A DNA stretch of 64,000 nt from Macrostomum lignano (GCA_002269645.1 NIVC01000242.1:23449-87448); one strand, 5' to 3'. Counted from the stretch's first letter, positions 1-14,100 are shown. Numbers and translations: made by a program. Notes: generated by a model not told the origin, from the letters alone.

Positions 1-986
1 GGACAGCTAAACGCACCATTGTACTGGTGAATGCAGAAGAGCTTAGCAAGAGCGGGCAAGTCACAAACAAAGAGTGTGTAATGGACATGAACGGTGTATT
101 CCGAGAATATAAACTGTTTTGGCAAATTGTTCATAATTTCAGACAGAAAAGACTGGAAATGCGGGACTGCCTTCGATGAAACAAGAGCAATTAGAATTAA
201 ATTTGCAAAGCGTTGACGGATGTAAACAGGAAGGTTTAGAAGTTGAGCCTGAAATGGCCAAAAGCTACTCTGAACAGATTCAAAAAAATTGGCGCCATCA
301 GCTGAGATTAGAAGATGCAAGTGAAGCGACTTGCCAGAAGATAGGCTTAAGCCTTGTTCTTTAACTATTTTGGAATTCAAAACGTCTGTGTTTTTATCCT
401 TTTGCAATTCTTGCTCATACTGCAGAATAGTTGAAGTGTGGCTGCTTAAGATAGTCCGCAGCTGTGGAACAATATTGAGCTGTGTCACAGCAACCTTTGA
501 CTTTGGGGAATGAACCTGACACTGGCTTTTGCATTCTGGGCAAAAGCCAAATTCAGACACGTCACTATCATCAAGAGGGCAAGTATCTTGAATCAATGAT
601 TTGAGCAACTTGACGCTATTTGGAAGAGCTAGAGAATCTCTACTAAAAATAGAAAGTAGCTTCAGGAGTCTATCAAGAGCAGCCTCTGAAACTCCGGAAG
701 TAATTGCCCACTGAAAAATCAGAGCCGCCTGCACACTGGGATCTGAGATGGAAGCCAAATTCGCTAAGCTATCTGAACTCTCCTCAAGCACAGGCACAGC
801 ATTGTTTTCACCAATAAAAGTTTCCACAGCGTCAGGACAGCTGTGCGAGTGCGTTACACCGGCTTCGCTTGAAATTGAACTCCTATTACTTGTAGAAAAA
901 CTATTTGAGGGAGAAGAAATCGCCTGACAAGAGTAGGCTGAGTAATTAGTAGAAAGAGAGTGCTCAGATTCTGATTTACTAGACAT
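1..986 (-). CDS. CACTA/EnSpm (Transposase_21, TnpD-like) transposase, N-terminal 328 codons, runs off the window
   Basis: Hand-translated stop-free frame from ATG 986 to base 1, absent from the ORF track. Motifs FCPECK, LLISADGANFFESVQSSFWPFQAQLLNLPVYIRQRFANLILIALVS..P...FL and FVCDLPALAKLFCIHQYNGAFSCP match the CACTA pattern DG..F...S.WP....LNLP..R...N.IL and D.PA...G...CP. Confidence 0.88.
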   Translation of the reverse strand, partial: MSSKSESEHSLSTNYSAYSCQAISSPSNSFSTSNRSSISSEAGVTHSHSCPDAVETFIGENNAVPVLEESSDSLANLASISDPSVQAALIFQWAITSGVSEAALDRLLKLLSIFSRDSLALPNSVKLLKSLIQDTCPLDDSDVSEFGFCPECKSQCQVHSPKSKVAVTQLNIVPQLRTILSSHTSTILQYEQELQKDKNTDVLNSKIVKEQGLSLSSGKSLHLHLLISADGANFFESVQSSFWPFQAQLLNLPVYIRQRFANLILIALVSSKAVPHFQSFLSEIMNNLPKQFIFSEYTVHVHYTLFVCDLPALAKLFCIHQYNGAFSC

Positions 987-1035
987 AAAAATAGCAATTC
1001 AAATATTCAAAAGTTACTAGAATTTTTTCCGCAAT

Positions 1036-2986
1036 TCACGGTCCCATTCGCCTTGAGCGGGAAATGGAATCCCCTGACTCGGGTCCAGAAGCAGCAGTTG
1101 AAGTTCGCTTTCTCGCCCGTGTCTCCTCCCTGGCCAGCTGATTGAGATGGTCTCGTACAGACTTCCAGATTTCGTGGAAGTCGTAGCCAGATGTTCGATA
1201 GCACAATTGAAGCAAACCTGAAAATTCACGAGTATAGTAAAATATTTTTACAATAGACATTGTGTACTGTGTTTATAGTAGAAATAGGCTAAATTTAAAA
1301 GGAAGTTGATTTATGATGCTAATCATTAAATAGGTCAATGGGATGTATTGAACTTTAGAACTATTTTTCCTCAATTTCTTTTATCTCAGACCTAAATGTG
1401 TTTTTTTAGAAAATATCCCAAGTATTGGATTCAGATCATTTAGCATTAATTAGCCTAAATTGCTTTATAATAAAAAAATTGCACAAAACTGTGAAAAAAT
1501 TATATATATATATTTACGTTGAAACTCTGTCACATGCTCAGATGGAGCAGGCCTTCGGGAACTGCGAGCACCACAGGATGAATCGATTATATGCTCAAGC
1601 AAGTAGCCTTCGCCAAATCGCAGCTTGATATACCTTCGGAGGAACACCTTAGGATCGTTGCAAAGAATTGAAGACAGCTCAGCTAGGGAACCATCAATGC
1701 ACCTAAATTCCTAAAAAATGTTATTATATAGTAGAACTTTTATACTACAGACGTGATGCTGCTGATGCTAAGAAAAAACTGACATACCTCATTTTGGTAT
1801 TCTTTAATTGTTAGCATTCCACCAAAGTTGTCATCCTTTTTTAAAAGTCGGCATATCCTTGCAGCAAGACGCTTCTCAAGAGAAAGCAACTCGGATTGAA
1901 TGAACAGTTTTAGATCTAGAGTAAGATATATGCTCATATATAAAAATATGGTGATTTTGATTTTTAATAATGTGATTGTATCATATTAAAAAAATAAAAT
2001 TATACCTTTCATTGTTGCATCCGATTCACTGTTTACTATCTGTACCCCTCGGAGGGGTTGCACTTCTTGAATTGCACCTAGTGATAAAAAAGGCTTATTG
2101 CTACAAAAATATTGACTCATTTGGTATTTGGTTTTCAATTAGGTGTAATAGAATATACAAACTTGATTCCAAGAGGCCTGTGGCACGAGCTTGCTCATTT
2201 TCAACCAAAGATGCCTCTCTCTCAAATGCAGAAATGGCTTTTTCTAAAAAATAATAATTAATCAAATAATACAACAAAAAAAACAAATTGCAAACAATTA
2301 ATAGTTCATATATATTGCAGTTTTACCCATTGATTGAGTAGCTGGTATCGCCAAATTTGGTTCGCCACTTTCACTATCCACTTCATAAAGCTCGTCAAGT
2401 AGTCCATGCTGATGACAACTAGAACTTGAAGCAACCTGCTTTGAACTAGATGACCTTATTGTCCTTACATTTGCAATGCCAGCTTGGGGATCTTTCATTG
2501 CAAAAAGCTCAATAGCTTGGCTAATCAATGAATCAGTATTTTCAGCCTCACTAACCAAGTTGGAAAGTTGGTTCATAGTTGAAGCCATTTGCCTTTCACT
2601 ACCTTTTGCCACAAGTGTAGCAGAAAATAGTTTGCCATACATGCGTAAAAAGACTTTAGTCCCCTAAAATATAATTTAATAAAGTAATATTACATTTGTA
2701 GTTGGAATAATTTGTTTTAGAAACCATGTACTCAATAACAAAATATTATGCATATAAATCCAACTTAAAATCTTACTTGTGCAAGTTCCAACTTTTCATC
2801 ATTAGTTATTGTACTTGGCCAATAGGGAGACCCAAATGCAATGGTCACATATTGCTCATCATGGCCAACATTGTGAAGAATAAAGCAGAAAAACAATGCT
2901 GAATTGTCATTTCCAAATTTAGAAGTACTTTTTGTCTGCTTTCGAAGAGGCCTAGAATTAGATGCACTTAATCCAATATCATCCAT
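1036..2986 (-). CDS. 7-exon, 409-aa protein with coiled coil and C-terminal BEN-like domain; probable accessory gene of the CACTA element
   Basis: Exons 2986-2777, 2663-2327, 2243-2159, 2100-2006, 1915-1788, 1710-1518, 1217-1036. All introns are GT-AG and phase-compatible; total 1230 nt with no internal stop. C-terminus KVFLRRYIKLRFGEGYLLEHIIDSSCGARSSRRPAPSEHVTEFQRLLQLCYRTSGYDFHEIWKSVRDHLNQLAREETRARKR fits the BEN pattern by eye. Start codon uncertain. Confidence 0.75.
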
Positions 2987-5922
2987 AACAATTTGTTCTG
3001 AAAAAGTTTCACAAGGAGATAAGGTTTGAAGAATCAATCAAGAGGCCAATGACAAACCAATTAGAATTGTATATAAAAAAAATTTAATGTAGGGACCCTA
3101 GGCCCCTATGATTTTAAATAAAAATTATAATATAAGGCCTAGGCCCTATATATAGGCCTATAATTATAAAGTTGTGCCATTGTGGATTTTCTGATACAAA
3201 GTAGACAATATTAGGCCTAATTGGGCCTAGTCTAGTCTAGTTTTGATTATAGACTGTATATTAGATACAAAGGACATGAAAGGTCTCGAAATTAAGTACC
3301 AATTACCATAATATACTATTATTTTTTATTATTTTGAAACTGTCAGCCTACCATGTGATTTTTATCATTAGGCTATGGCCTAGGTCTAGGATGCCACTTT
3401 AGACTAGGCCTTTGGCTTTGGTTAGGCCAACCTATCATTATAAAAATGCAGCAAAATATCATTCAAAAATATACATCTAACCCCTATAGGTTATCTTTGC
3501 ATCCCAAATATAATATATAATAGGGTTTCTATTTTCTAATATATCTACAAATACAATTTTCACTGAAGGAGTGAAGATCAAAATTAGCATGTCAAAAAAC
3601 CTTACAAGCCACCGAATTTTAAAACTAGCTACCAAAAGTGGAACTGGAAGTATATAGCTAAGAAAAAACATAAACATAAACATAGCACATAGTGACACAT
3701 AATGAAATGATGACAACATGCAAGAGTGACAGAGTCCTCTTAGAAAGGAAAAATAGGCCTAGTAATTTATGTTTATGGGAAGTTAAGTCCGTAATTAACT
3801 AAACCGAAACAAAATGGCCAACAAAATTGCTGGTAATATATTCAAAGCAATTTGTAGGTGAAGATTTTAACAAATTTATTAAACTATTTTTTGTATTTAC
3901 AATTTCGCTTTTATTAAATATATTTAAAACTTTATTAGATATACATAAAATAGCCTGAAATTTTTTATAAGCTTAGTTATTTATTTTCCCGTATGAACTC
4001 CCTGACATGGATGATTTTACCATGGAAAGTTTTAAAAATCCATGCATGAAAATACCATGAACATGCATGATTTATCAATGGATCATGGATCATAGATGAT
4101 TTATCCATGATAAGAGAGTAGGGACGTAAAAAAGCTGCTCGGGACTGTATAATTAATTTTCAGCGCCATAGCCCATGTGTTTATACACATGTGTTTTAAC
4201 GCAGCCCCGTCACAATGTATACACGCGTATTTACGCTTAGGTATCCATGTAAATTAATCGTATACATGTAATGTACTGTTCACAATTGTATAATAGTCGA
4301 CTGATCTGCAGGGCTCTCTTATCGCCTTACCTATACATGTATATGCATTATATATTATGAAATGGATGATGAAGTCATAATTCAGGGATCACGTGGTTGG
4401 ATATAGATAGACAGTCGCGCGTGGTGAACAACGTACATGTACCGCGGTCCCATTCGGTCAACAATAGCATAACCCGGATTTTTATCTGAGGGATCACGAG
4501 CCAAGATCAGTCATAGCACTCCTCATAGTCAATGTCACTGTGACATAATCAAGCTCCAGGGTATTTTTCAGTGAGGCAAGAATCACTGAATAAAATGACT
4601 TAGCGCCACAGGCTAGGCGAGGGTTTATAGCTTTTAAGTCGTGTGTTCTTCGTGTATCGATGATCACCTTAATTTAATTTTGCTGACAATTAAAAAAGCA
4701 ATATTCTAAATTTCAATAGTCGGGTCTCTGTGGGCTATGAACCCCATGACCCTCTTTGGCTACGCCCAATGGCGGTTCAGGACCACACCACTGAGTATAC
4801 GTTATCGCCTAAATACATGTAAGTACATGTAGTAGAACTGCACTAGTATAAATGTCACTTCAAAATAGCGTCCTTGAATACGAGTAGTTTCAGTAGCCAT
4901 CTAAAGTCAATTACTTGAAATTCAAACTTTTTTGCATGTGTGTTAATATTATGTGCGTAGTAAAGCGCCTACTATAAATTCAACAAATTTTGCATGCATT
5001 GATTTGATATTTTGATTTTATTTCTTTTGTTACGAATTTATACGGCTCAACTGCAAAACTAATTTTGACATAAAATGATAACGAAAAGGCTTAAGCATTC
5101 AAGAATTCTTAACTTTAACTAAAAGCTACTATTGTGCTTATCTTTTGTTTTTTAGTTATTTAAAACTTTTTAAAATACGGTTTTCACAGAAAACATCAAC
5201 AAAACTATGATCTTCCATATACGACTATGCAAGACATAATCACATAAGTGAATCATCTAAGACTCTAAGAGTGAATAAAGAGGCGTAATGTGATACCTTT
5301 ACCCGATAAAAATCTTTTTTAAGTAAATTTTTCTTCTCCCTATACATACGTAAGTAATAATCTCCAGCCCACTATCATATCATATAGGCATATGGCCTAT
5401 AGCCTAGATATAGATAGATACCGTATAGCGGCTTTAAGGAAAAAGACACTGATCGTTGATGTATGACTATAAGTGCTGTATATAGCTGGACTGACAGGTA
5501 AAGGCCTACAACTGACCCTAAAATATTATTATTTAATTTTTGACTCAAATGTCACCTGGTCCTGACTCCTGAGCAGACATGTCACTGCATTTCTGGTGCC
5601 AAATTTAAACCTAGGTTACACTTCTTAGTTAAATTCAACTGAGAATGAATGTAAAATCCATAATAGATGCTAAAAAGTGTACTATTCTACTACAATAATG
5701 TGCAATAAATGTTAGGCTAGGTCTATTTTCTCCATATAATGTACATTTAAATTCTAAGTTAAGTTTAAATATTTTGATTTTGGAGCTAGTAAAATGGTAT
5801 ATAATAATAGTATAGACAAGATATAGTAGTTAGAGATATATTTACTATGAATATAAATAACTATTTTATGACTTATATTTGTAATTATATAATTTAACTA
5901 TGCCCTAGTAGCCCGGCCCCTA

Positions 5923-6566
5923 GATTATAGTCATTTTGGTGACATTTTGGTGATAGTCTTTTTGGTGACAAGCAATTGTCATTTTGGTGACAAGAAAAAT
6001 ACCCTTTTAGTGATAGCCATTCTGTTTTTAAATAGAAAATAACCTTGCAAATCTTAAGGGATATTAAACCTAAAAATGTAAAAATTTTTTGAAATGGTTA
6101 AATATTGCTTTATTTAATTTTGTTTATTTACAATTACAGGGTTGCAATCTTTTGAATTTATGTTTTCCAATCCAAATAATACAGTGTCCAGTGAATATCT
6201 CTGCTTTTCTTGTGGTTGACATTTCATAAGGATTTATAGGTTTATAGTTTATGTCTAAATATTCTAAGACAATTTAAAACAATCTGCTCAAAAATAAAAC
6301 AATCTAATTGGTTTGATTTCTTTTCTTAAAATATTAATCTTTTGGCAAAAAATTTAAATATATATACAAAGCATAAATCTTAACAATATAACTTCAAGCT
6401 AATATTATAAAGCACCTGTTATCACTAAAATAAATATACTCTTAAAATCTTTATTTTTTCATCAAAAATGAAGTGGTCTATTACAAAAGCAACTTGTCAC
6501 CAAAACGACTATTTGTCACCAAAATGTCTGTCACCAAAATGACTTGTCACCAAAACAACTAGTATC
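5923..6566. mobile_element. Non-autonomous foldback/MITE with modular inverted repeats
   Basis: Four TTTTGGTGA(C/T) modules at 5928-5994 are mirrored by four GTCACCAAAA modules at 6493-6561 around an AT-rich core. Outer ends gattatagtcattttggtgac and gtcaccaaaacaactagtatc are imperfectly complementary. TSD ambiguous. Confidence 0.7.
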
Positions 6567-8193
6567 CTATGCCCAATGGCTAAAGAAATATAAAAGTTTA
6601 ATGCTTTTTTATAGACTTATAGCTATAACTATATCAATATTTTTATATTGAATTGTTAAGCTAAATAAAATAAAACAAAATTATTTTAATAATAGTATAA
6701 ATCAATAAAGACAAGTAAATAATAGCATAATAATTAAAATAGAATTAAAGTTTTGCTTACAATCATATTTACAATGACTTATAAACCCTAGAAAATAGCT
6801 TATCTATATTATTCTTGTTAAGTAATTTATTAATCCTTATTACTCAAATTTAAAATGATATTTTTTAATTTAATATTGATATTTTTAATGTTTTTGCATT
6901 ATATTATTTTTAATAATAAATACATATAAGTTAAATTCAGTAAAAACTTTGGCCTTGGGTTTAGGATTTAAACTTATATTCTATAATCCTATGATTTAAG
7001 GATTATAATTAGGTTTTTTATACTTCTAATTGTAAAGGTTTATTATTAATATAAATTTCTTAAAATATAATATTGAATGGTTATTTGTCACTTTAAGTGA
7101 TTTCCCACTTAATGAAATTTTTCTTTTTGGCAATAAGTAATGTTTAATTTGGCAATAATGCTACTTGATTAAAAGTGTGTTTTCTGCAAAAGGTGCTTTA
7201 GGTATTTATTTATTAATTTTTTTGCAAAAAGTATGCTTCTCATTAAAATAGGATTTTTGCTAAGTAAAATACTAGTTGTTAAGTGAAAATATTCATTGTT
7301 GTTAACATCAAATCTTTATGCATTAACTTTTTTTGTTAATAAAATCCTAATTGATATATTGTCATAAATTTTATAACTACCTAGCAATTTATGCTAGAAA
7401 CTAGAGACTAAGCATGACAACATCAAAAGTGGCTAGTAGCCTTGGCTCAATTCAAAGTGCAATCAAATTACTTTTGAAGCTAAATTGGAATTTTGGCTTA
7501 GGTCTAATTGCTTATATTAATTAGTTATTAATTAGTTATAATTAATGCCTTTGAAAGCCAAGTTAGCTTAGCTATAAAAGCAAAGAAATACAACTCCCAA
7601 GACTTGTATATGCCTTAAAAATATAGTGAAGGTTGCTATACATTCCTTTGTGTGTGCCTACTCAAGGGAGTTAGTAGAATATATAGTAATGCCTTTTGCC
7701 AGTTGTGTAACAATGATGTTTGAAGTATGCTAAGGTATATACAATCTCCTTGCTGTTTAAAACAATTCAGTGAAAATCCCAAACAAATAAAAAATGATTG
7801 GTAAATCTTAAATTTTCCCATATATATATTAAAATGAAAAATATTAAATCCATATACTTAAAATGAGTTGTTTGTATGTGTCTCTTGTATCTATTCTTCT
7901 ATGTGTAGAAATTTAAATCGCTAATGAAACCTTGGTTTGACCAATCTGGTATCAGAGGCTAAGTACAATTTTTCATGGCAGTTGCCAAATTCAAATTTAG
8001 TTTAATATTTAATTTATAGTTTCCTAAGCAACAACAAGTTCAACGTTCAGTTATATGATTTTTTCACTGCCATAATTGCAGATCTGAGCACAAATTCTCC
8101 AGATCAAACTCTTGGGATGCTCACGGAGCTGCGGTTGCTTGCAGACTTGGAGAAGAGCAAACGCAGAAGCGGCAGCAGATTCTGCAGCAATCA

Positions 8194-11100
8194 ATGAAAG
8201 TGACGGTGAGCTTCGGTTCCACAAAGCTGGTGGTGCCATGCGGCGCCGGCGAGATCACCATACGCGATCTGGTTGCCAAGGCAACCAGTCGATTCAGATC
8301 AGCTGCCGCGGCGGCGGCGTCTTCATCATCAAACTCGACCTCTTCTCCAGCTGCCGGGGTAGCCACCGCACCACCGACTGATGCTGGCGATGGCACCGCC
8401 GCCACCTTGGCTGAGCCGCCGTTTACCGTCACCTGCGTGACTCTGGCCAGGGATGGCGGAATTCTTGACTGGGACGACCGGGTTGCCGATGTTCTGGACG
8501 ATCGAGAAATGGTGAGTTGGGTCAACAGCGTAGTGCAATCTCTCATAGAGAAAGTGAAATCTCCCATAGAGAAAGTGCAATCTCCCATAGAGAAAGTGCA
8601 ATCTCCCATAGAGAAAGTGCAATCTCCCATAGAGAAAGTGCAATCTCTCATAGAGAAAGTGCAATCTCTCATAGAGAAAGTGCAATCTCCCATAGAGAAA
8701 TTGCAATCTCTCATAGAGAAAGTGCAATCTCCCATAGAGAAATTGCAATCTCCCATTGATAAAGTGCAGTCTCCCTGAATGACTTAAATCAATATTTCCT
8801 GTGCAGCTCATCGCCCAGACGCGGCCAGCATCGTCCGAGGCGTCTACAGCTGATGGCACAGACGATCTGCTTCTGACGGAGTTTCAGCAGCAGCATCAGC
8901 TGCATCATCCGTCTCTTCTGCCGCCTCCGCCTGCGGATTTTCTGCCTACACTGCCCGAGTCGGACGGCGAGGCTGAGCGATACGATTCTCCCCCTGGCGA
9001 GGCTGAACTCGAATCGGACGATGCTCAAGAGTTTGAGTCGGCCAGTTATCTGATTCGCATCTCTATTGACCGGGCATCGGCCGGCGCTGCTAGGAATGCG
9101 GTCGGCATGACAACAAAACCGTTTTTAGATCGCAGTCAACGAACTGCAGGCCTAGAAATTCAGGCCCTGGGTGCCGGCGGTTCGGCTGCCAAGGACGGCC
9201 GATTGAGACCGGGCGATCGAATTGTGGAAATCAATGGCAACTCTTTGTTGGGCGTGTCATTCCAACAGTGAGTCTGCTGGCTGGGTTGGGTTGGGCTAGT
9301 TAGAATAGTACTTAACTGTACCTAGGCCTGTGACCGCGAGTCTAGGGTCTAGGGTCACCGGTGTGACCTTGCATTGTGACCGTATTGTCTAGGGTCATCG
9401 GTGTGACCTTGCATTGTGACCGTATTGTCTAGGGTCATCGGTGTGACCTTGCATTGTGACCGTATTGTCTATGGTCACCGGTGTGACCTTGCATTGTGAC
9501 CGTATTGTCTATGGTCACCGGGGTGACCTTGCATTGTGACCGTATTGTCTAGGGTCACCGGTGTGACCTTGCATTGTGACCGTATTGTCTATGGTCACCG
9601 GGGTGACCTTGCATTGTGACCGTATTGTCTATGGTCACCGGTGTGACCTTGCATTGTGACCGTATTGTCTAGGGTCATCGGTGTGACCTTGCATTGTGAC
9701 CGTATTGTCTATGGTCACCGGGGTGACCTTGCATTGTGACCGTATTGTCTATGGTCACCGGTGTGACCTTGCATTGTGACCGTATTGTCTATGGTCACCG
9801 GTGTGACCTTGCATTGTGACCGTATTGTCTAGGGTCATCGGTGTGACCTTGCATTGTGACCGTATTGTCTAGGGTCATCGGTGTGACCTTGCATTGTGAC
9901 CGTATTGTCTAGGGTCACCGGTGTGACCTTGCATTGTGACCGTATTGTCTATGGTCACCGGGGTGACCTTGCATTGTGACCGTATTGTCTAGGGTCACCG
10001 GTGTGACCTTGCATTGTGACCGTATTGTCTATGGTCACCGGGGTGACCTTGCATTGTGACCGTATTGTCTATGGTCACCGGTGTGACCTTGCATTGTGAC
10101 CGTATTGTCTATGGTCACCGGTGTGACCTTGCATTGTGACCGTATTGTCTATGGTCATCGGTGTGACCTTGCATTGTGACCGTATTGTCTAGGGTCATCG
10201 GTGTGACCTTGCATTGTGACCGTATTGTCTAGGGTCATCGGTGTGACCTTGCATTGTGACCGTATTGTCTAGGGTCACCGGTGTGACCTTGCATTGTGAC
10301 CGTATTGTCTATGGTCACCGGGGTGACCTTGCATTGTGACCGTATTGTCTAGGGTCACCGGTGTGACCTTGCATTGTGACCGTATTGTCTATGGTCACCG
10401 GGGTGACCTTGCATTGTGACCGTATTGTCTATGGTCACCGGTGTGACCTTGCATTGTGACCGTATTGTCTATGGTCACCGGTGTGACCTTGCATTGTGAC
10501 CGTATTGTCTAGGGTCATCGGTGTGACCTTGCATTGTGACCGTATTGTCTAGGGTCATCGGTGTGACCTTGCATTGTGACCGTATTGTCTATGGTCACTG
10601 GTGTGACTGTAAATTGTGGCCGTTTTTTTTTATTTATATAGGTAAAATTTAAAGAAAAAACTAGGCAGGTACATGCGTGAAACTCAAACCGCCCCAACAG
10701 AGCTCAGGAATTGTTGCGCGAAGCGGTGCAAGAGTTGCGCTTAGATCTGCGCATTCTCAAACAGCAGCAGCAACCGCAGGAGCAACTATGCCGCAATCTA
10801 GACGAAATTGCTCGAGCTCACACTCAGTCGATTATGATGCAGCAGCCAGAAAACTCTGAAAGATCCGACTCACCTGTGCTAGTTGCACCGCCACCGCCGC
10901 CCCCGCCGCCGCCTCCGCCTCCACCGTATGTGCCTATTAGTAATACTAAAACTGTCGTTAAGGCTGCTGCCACCGCTGCGGCACCTCCGTCTTCTTCGTC
11001 CCCGCCGCCGCCGCCGCCGCCTCCGGCAGTGCAGTTGAAGCCATCGACTCCGCCTCGATCGCCATCGCCGCCTCCAGTTATGCCTAGACTGCGGAAACCG

Positions 11101-14100
11101 TTGTTAAATAATAATCGGCGCCCTGCTGTCGATCCCGCCCCCGCATCCGCCCCGCATCCGGCCCGACCGACGGCACTGCGGATGCTGGCTCTATTGTGCA
11201 CACTTTCACTATCGATATACGCAAATCAGCCGACGGATTGGGCTTCTCTGTTACAGCTAAAGAGTCGCAGGATAATAGCAATGGGATCTATGTGAAGAAT
11301 GTTCTAGGCAAAGGTTCGGCTGTTAAGGACGGCAGGCTGAAGGCTGGCGATCAGCTGCTAGAGGTGGACGGATTTAAACTGACTGGCCAGACTCAAGCGG
11401 ACGCTGTTAGTCTGTTGCGCGCTATACCTGTTGGCGCCACCGTCAAGATGCTGGTGTCTCGGGTGGGCGGCCAGCCGCCGCCGCCGCCACCGCAGCCGCC
11501 GCCTGCACCAGTCATTAACCATCTTGGTCAGGGCGGCGTTGAGGTTAGTTGTTAATTCATTTATTAAATATGTTCTGCATATATTTGCTCGGGGAGCGGC
11601 TCTCGCTCATGAGGGCCAAGCCCGAAGGCTTGGGGTGCAGCTCTTTTACACGTACTATTTCTATTGTAACTCTATCATTACAAATGCTGAATATTCTGTG
11701 CTAGTCAACAGTATTTGAACTGACCATACAAAATGAATGACGGCATTTTAAAAAGAATGCAGACGCTGACAGAAAAAAAAATAGATGTCAATCAGGTGAG
11801 CTTTGCAGCAAGCTAGCCAGAAGAAAAGTATGTTAATATATAGTTGTCGAATCCAGTCAATAGAAATCATGCTCAACCATGCTCAACGGTTAGATTTTTT
11901 TGTGTGCGCACGCAAAAAAATCAGTCAAAATTTTTTTGTAACCATGATGAAAAGAATGAGGAGGCAGACATATAGTACAGTAAATGGGCTCAATTGTCAG
12001 ACACTTGGCATTGTCCTGTACTGGCCACTGCCGGGCTGCTTGCTTGTACTCTTATTACACTGACTTGACCGCCGGAAGATGGCGGGACAGGGGCTGCTGA
12101 ATCTAAGGAGGCCTTAAACCAGATTCTGGGAGTGCGAAAGTCTTCCCATATAAAGCCTTGATTTCTCAGACAGTTACCCGGTAGACTTCAGGTTTTACTG
12201 TTTGCACGCAATGGTAGAAGGCCGAATCTTAGTCTCATTCTAAAGCTAAATAGATTCTCACTGTCTCGGTAAATATAATCAGATTTCGAATCATAATAGA
12301 ACTTTGATAAATGCTTGTTTTACGCAAGGACTACTCAAGTACTCGTAGGACGGATGATACGTGTTTTACACAAGGACTACTCAAGTACTCGGACGGATGC
12401 TGCGTGTTTTACGCAAGGACTACTCAAGTACTCGGACGGATGCTGCGTGTTTTACGCAAGGACTACTCAAGTACTCGTAGGACGGATGATGCGTGTTTTA
12501 CGCAAGGACTACTCAAGTACTCGTAGGACGGATGATGCGTGTTTTACACAAGGACTACTCAAGTACTCGTAGGACGGATGATGCGTGTTTTACACAAGGA
12601 CTACTCAAGTACTCGTAGGACGGATGATGATGTTTTACACAAGGACTACTCAAGTACTCGTAGGACGGATGATGCGTGTTTTACACAAGGACTACTCAAG
12701 TACTCGTAGGACGGATGATGCGTGTTTTACACAAGGACTACTCAAGTACTCGTAGGACGGATGATGATGTTTTACACAAGGACTACTCAAGTACTCGTAG
12801 GACGGATGATGCGTGTTTTACACAAGGACTACTCAAGTACTCGTAGGACGGATGATGCGTGTTTTACACAAGGACTACTCAAGTACTCGTAGGACGGATG
12901 ATGCGTGTTTTACACAAGGACTACTCAAGTACTCGTAGGACGGATGATGCGTGTTTTACACAAGGACTACTCAAGTACTCGTAGGACGGATGATGCGTGT
13001 TTTACACAAGGACTACTCAAGTACTCGTAGGACGGATGATGCGTGTTTTACACAAGGACTACTCAAGTACTCGTAGGACGGATGATGCGTGTTTTACACA
13101 AGGACTACTCAAGTACTCGTAGGACGGATGATGCGTGTTTTACACAAGGACTACTCAAGTACTCGTAGGACGGATGATGCGTGTTTTACACAATGACTAC
13201 TCAAGTACTCGTAGGACGGGGGAACCGACGTTTCTTGGAAAACTTTAGAGGAGTCAAAAATCAAAGAAAATCTTTCTGTTACACATTTTTGGTACAGTAA
13301 TAAAGCTAAGAATAAAGCTGGTTTCCCGTCCCACTTCAGTAGTCCTTGATTTCCTATATTTTCTCACATCCATTGAGGGCCAACCTACAAGGCACAGAAA
13401 GCCAGGGCCGATGTACACCCTGTGTGAGCGCGTGTGTAAGAGTGCGCGCTTGCATGTGCTCAGGGGTCAGCGGAATGGGCAGAATTTGCCTCGCGGGTTG
13501 TGTGACAATGTCGCTTATTTGCATGTGTGCTTGCAAACTGGAAACTTGCTGTCCGCCTAATCGTGTCTGTCTTAAGGTTTTAATAAAGCTTTTTTTTTAA
13601 ATCCAGCTTCTCGTTCAAGATTTTCTTGGGCCAAGTTGCTCATAGCAACCCATCGGTTCCTTGTGCGAAATTCCCCACAGGCTTGACAAAAGTACCAGTG
13701 GGAGATTCTTTTTGGCGACAATAAAAGAGCAATATTTAATTGTGCCGTCCGTCTCTGCGCTGGAAACAACATTATTGCGTATATTGTTTTATATTCATAG
13801 ACGGTATCTACGAGTAAAACTGGTTCATATAAAAAGCTCGTAAACTTGATAATGTCTGCAGCCTTATTGCATTTGGCTGGAAATCTGGGCTGCACTCTTG
13901 AGTACCGCTGCGTGCTCTGTAGCCAGTTCTGTATGTGTGTTGCAGCGCAGTGTGAGTAGATAAGGATGCTGCAGTTGTAGGCACAATTTAATATTGCATG
14001 TATTTCTTGAGTTCATAATTCATGCTCATCAATTTTTTTATTGGCAGCGTACAGAAATCTATTTTGATGATCTAAAAGTATCTCAGGATAATCTTACGGT

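Larger units (their letters stand above)
1..4143 (-). mobile_element. Putative autonomous CACTA/EnSpm element, 5' part, with candidate terminus CCCGAGCAGC at 4143
   Basis: Two co-oriented ORFs 49 nt apart. Nine CATG-centred motifs at about 4005-4110 resemble subterminal repeats and are followed by a CCC-starting end on the minus strand. The other end lies outside the window, so TIR and TSD cannot be confirmed. Confidence 0.5.

Noticed and set aside
11595-11650. Hammerhead ribozyme (CTCATGA-GGGC/GCCC-GAAG)
   Set aside because: Two core positions deviate (G5, A15.1) and stem I cannot form.
9345-13218. CRISPR-like appearance of the 40- and 46-bp arrays
   Set aside because: Units are contiguous with no unique spacers, there are no cas genes, and the context is a eukaryotic intron.
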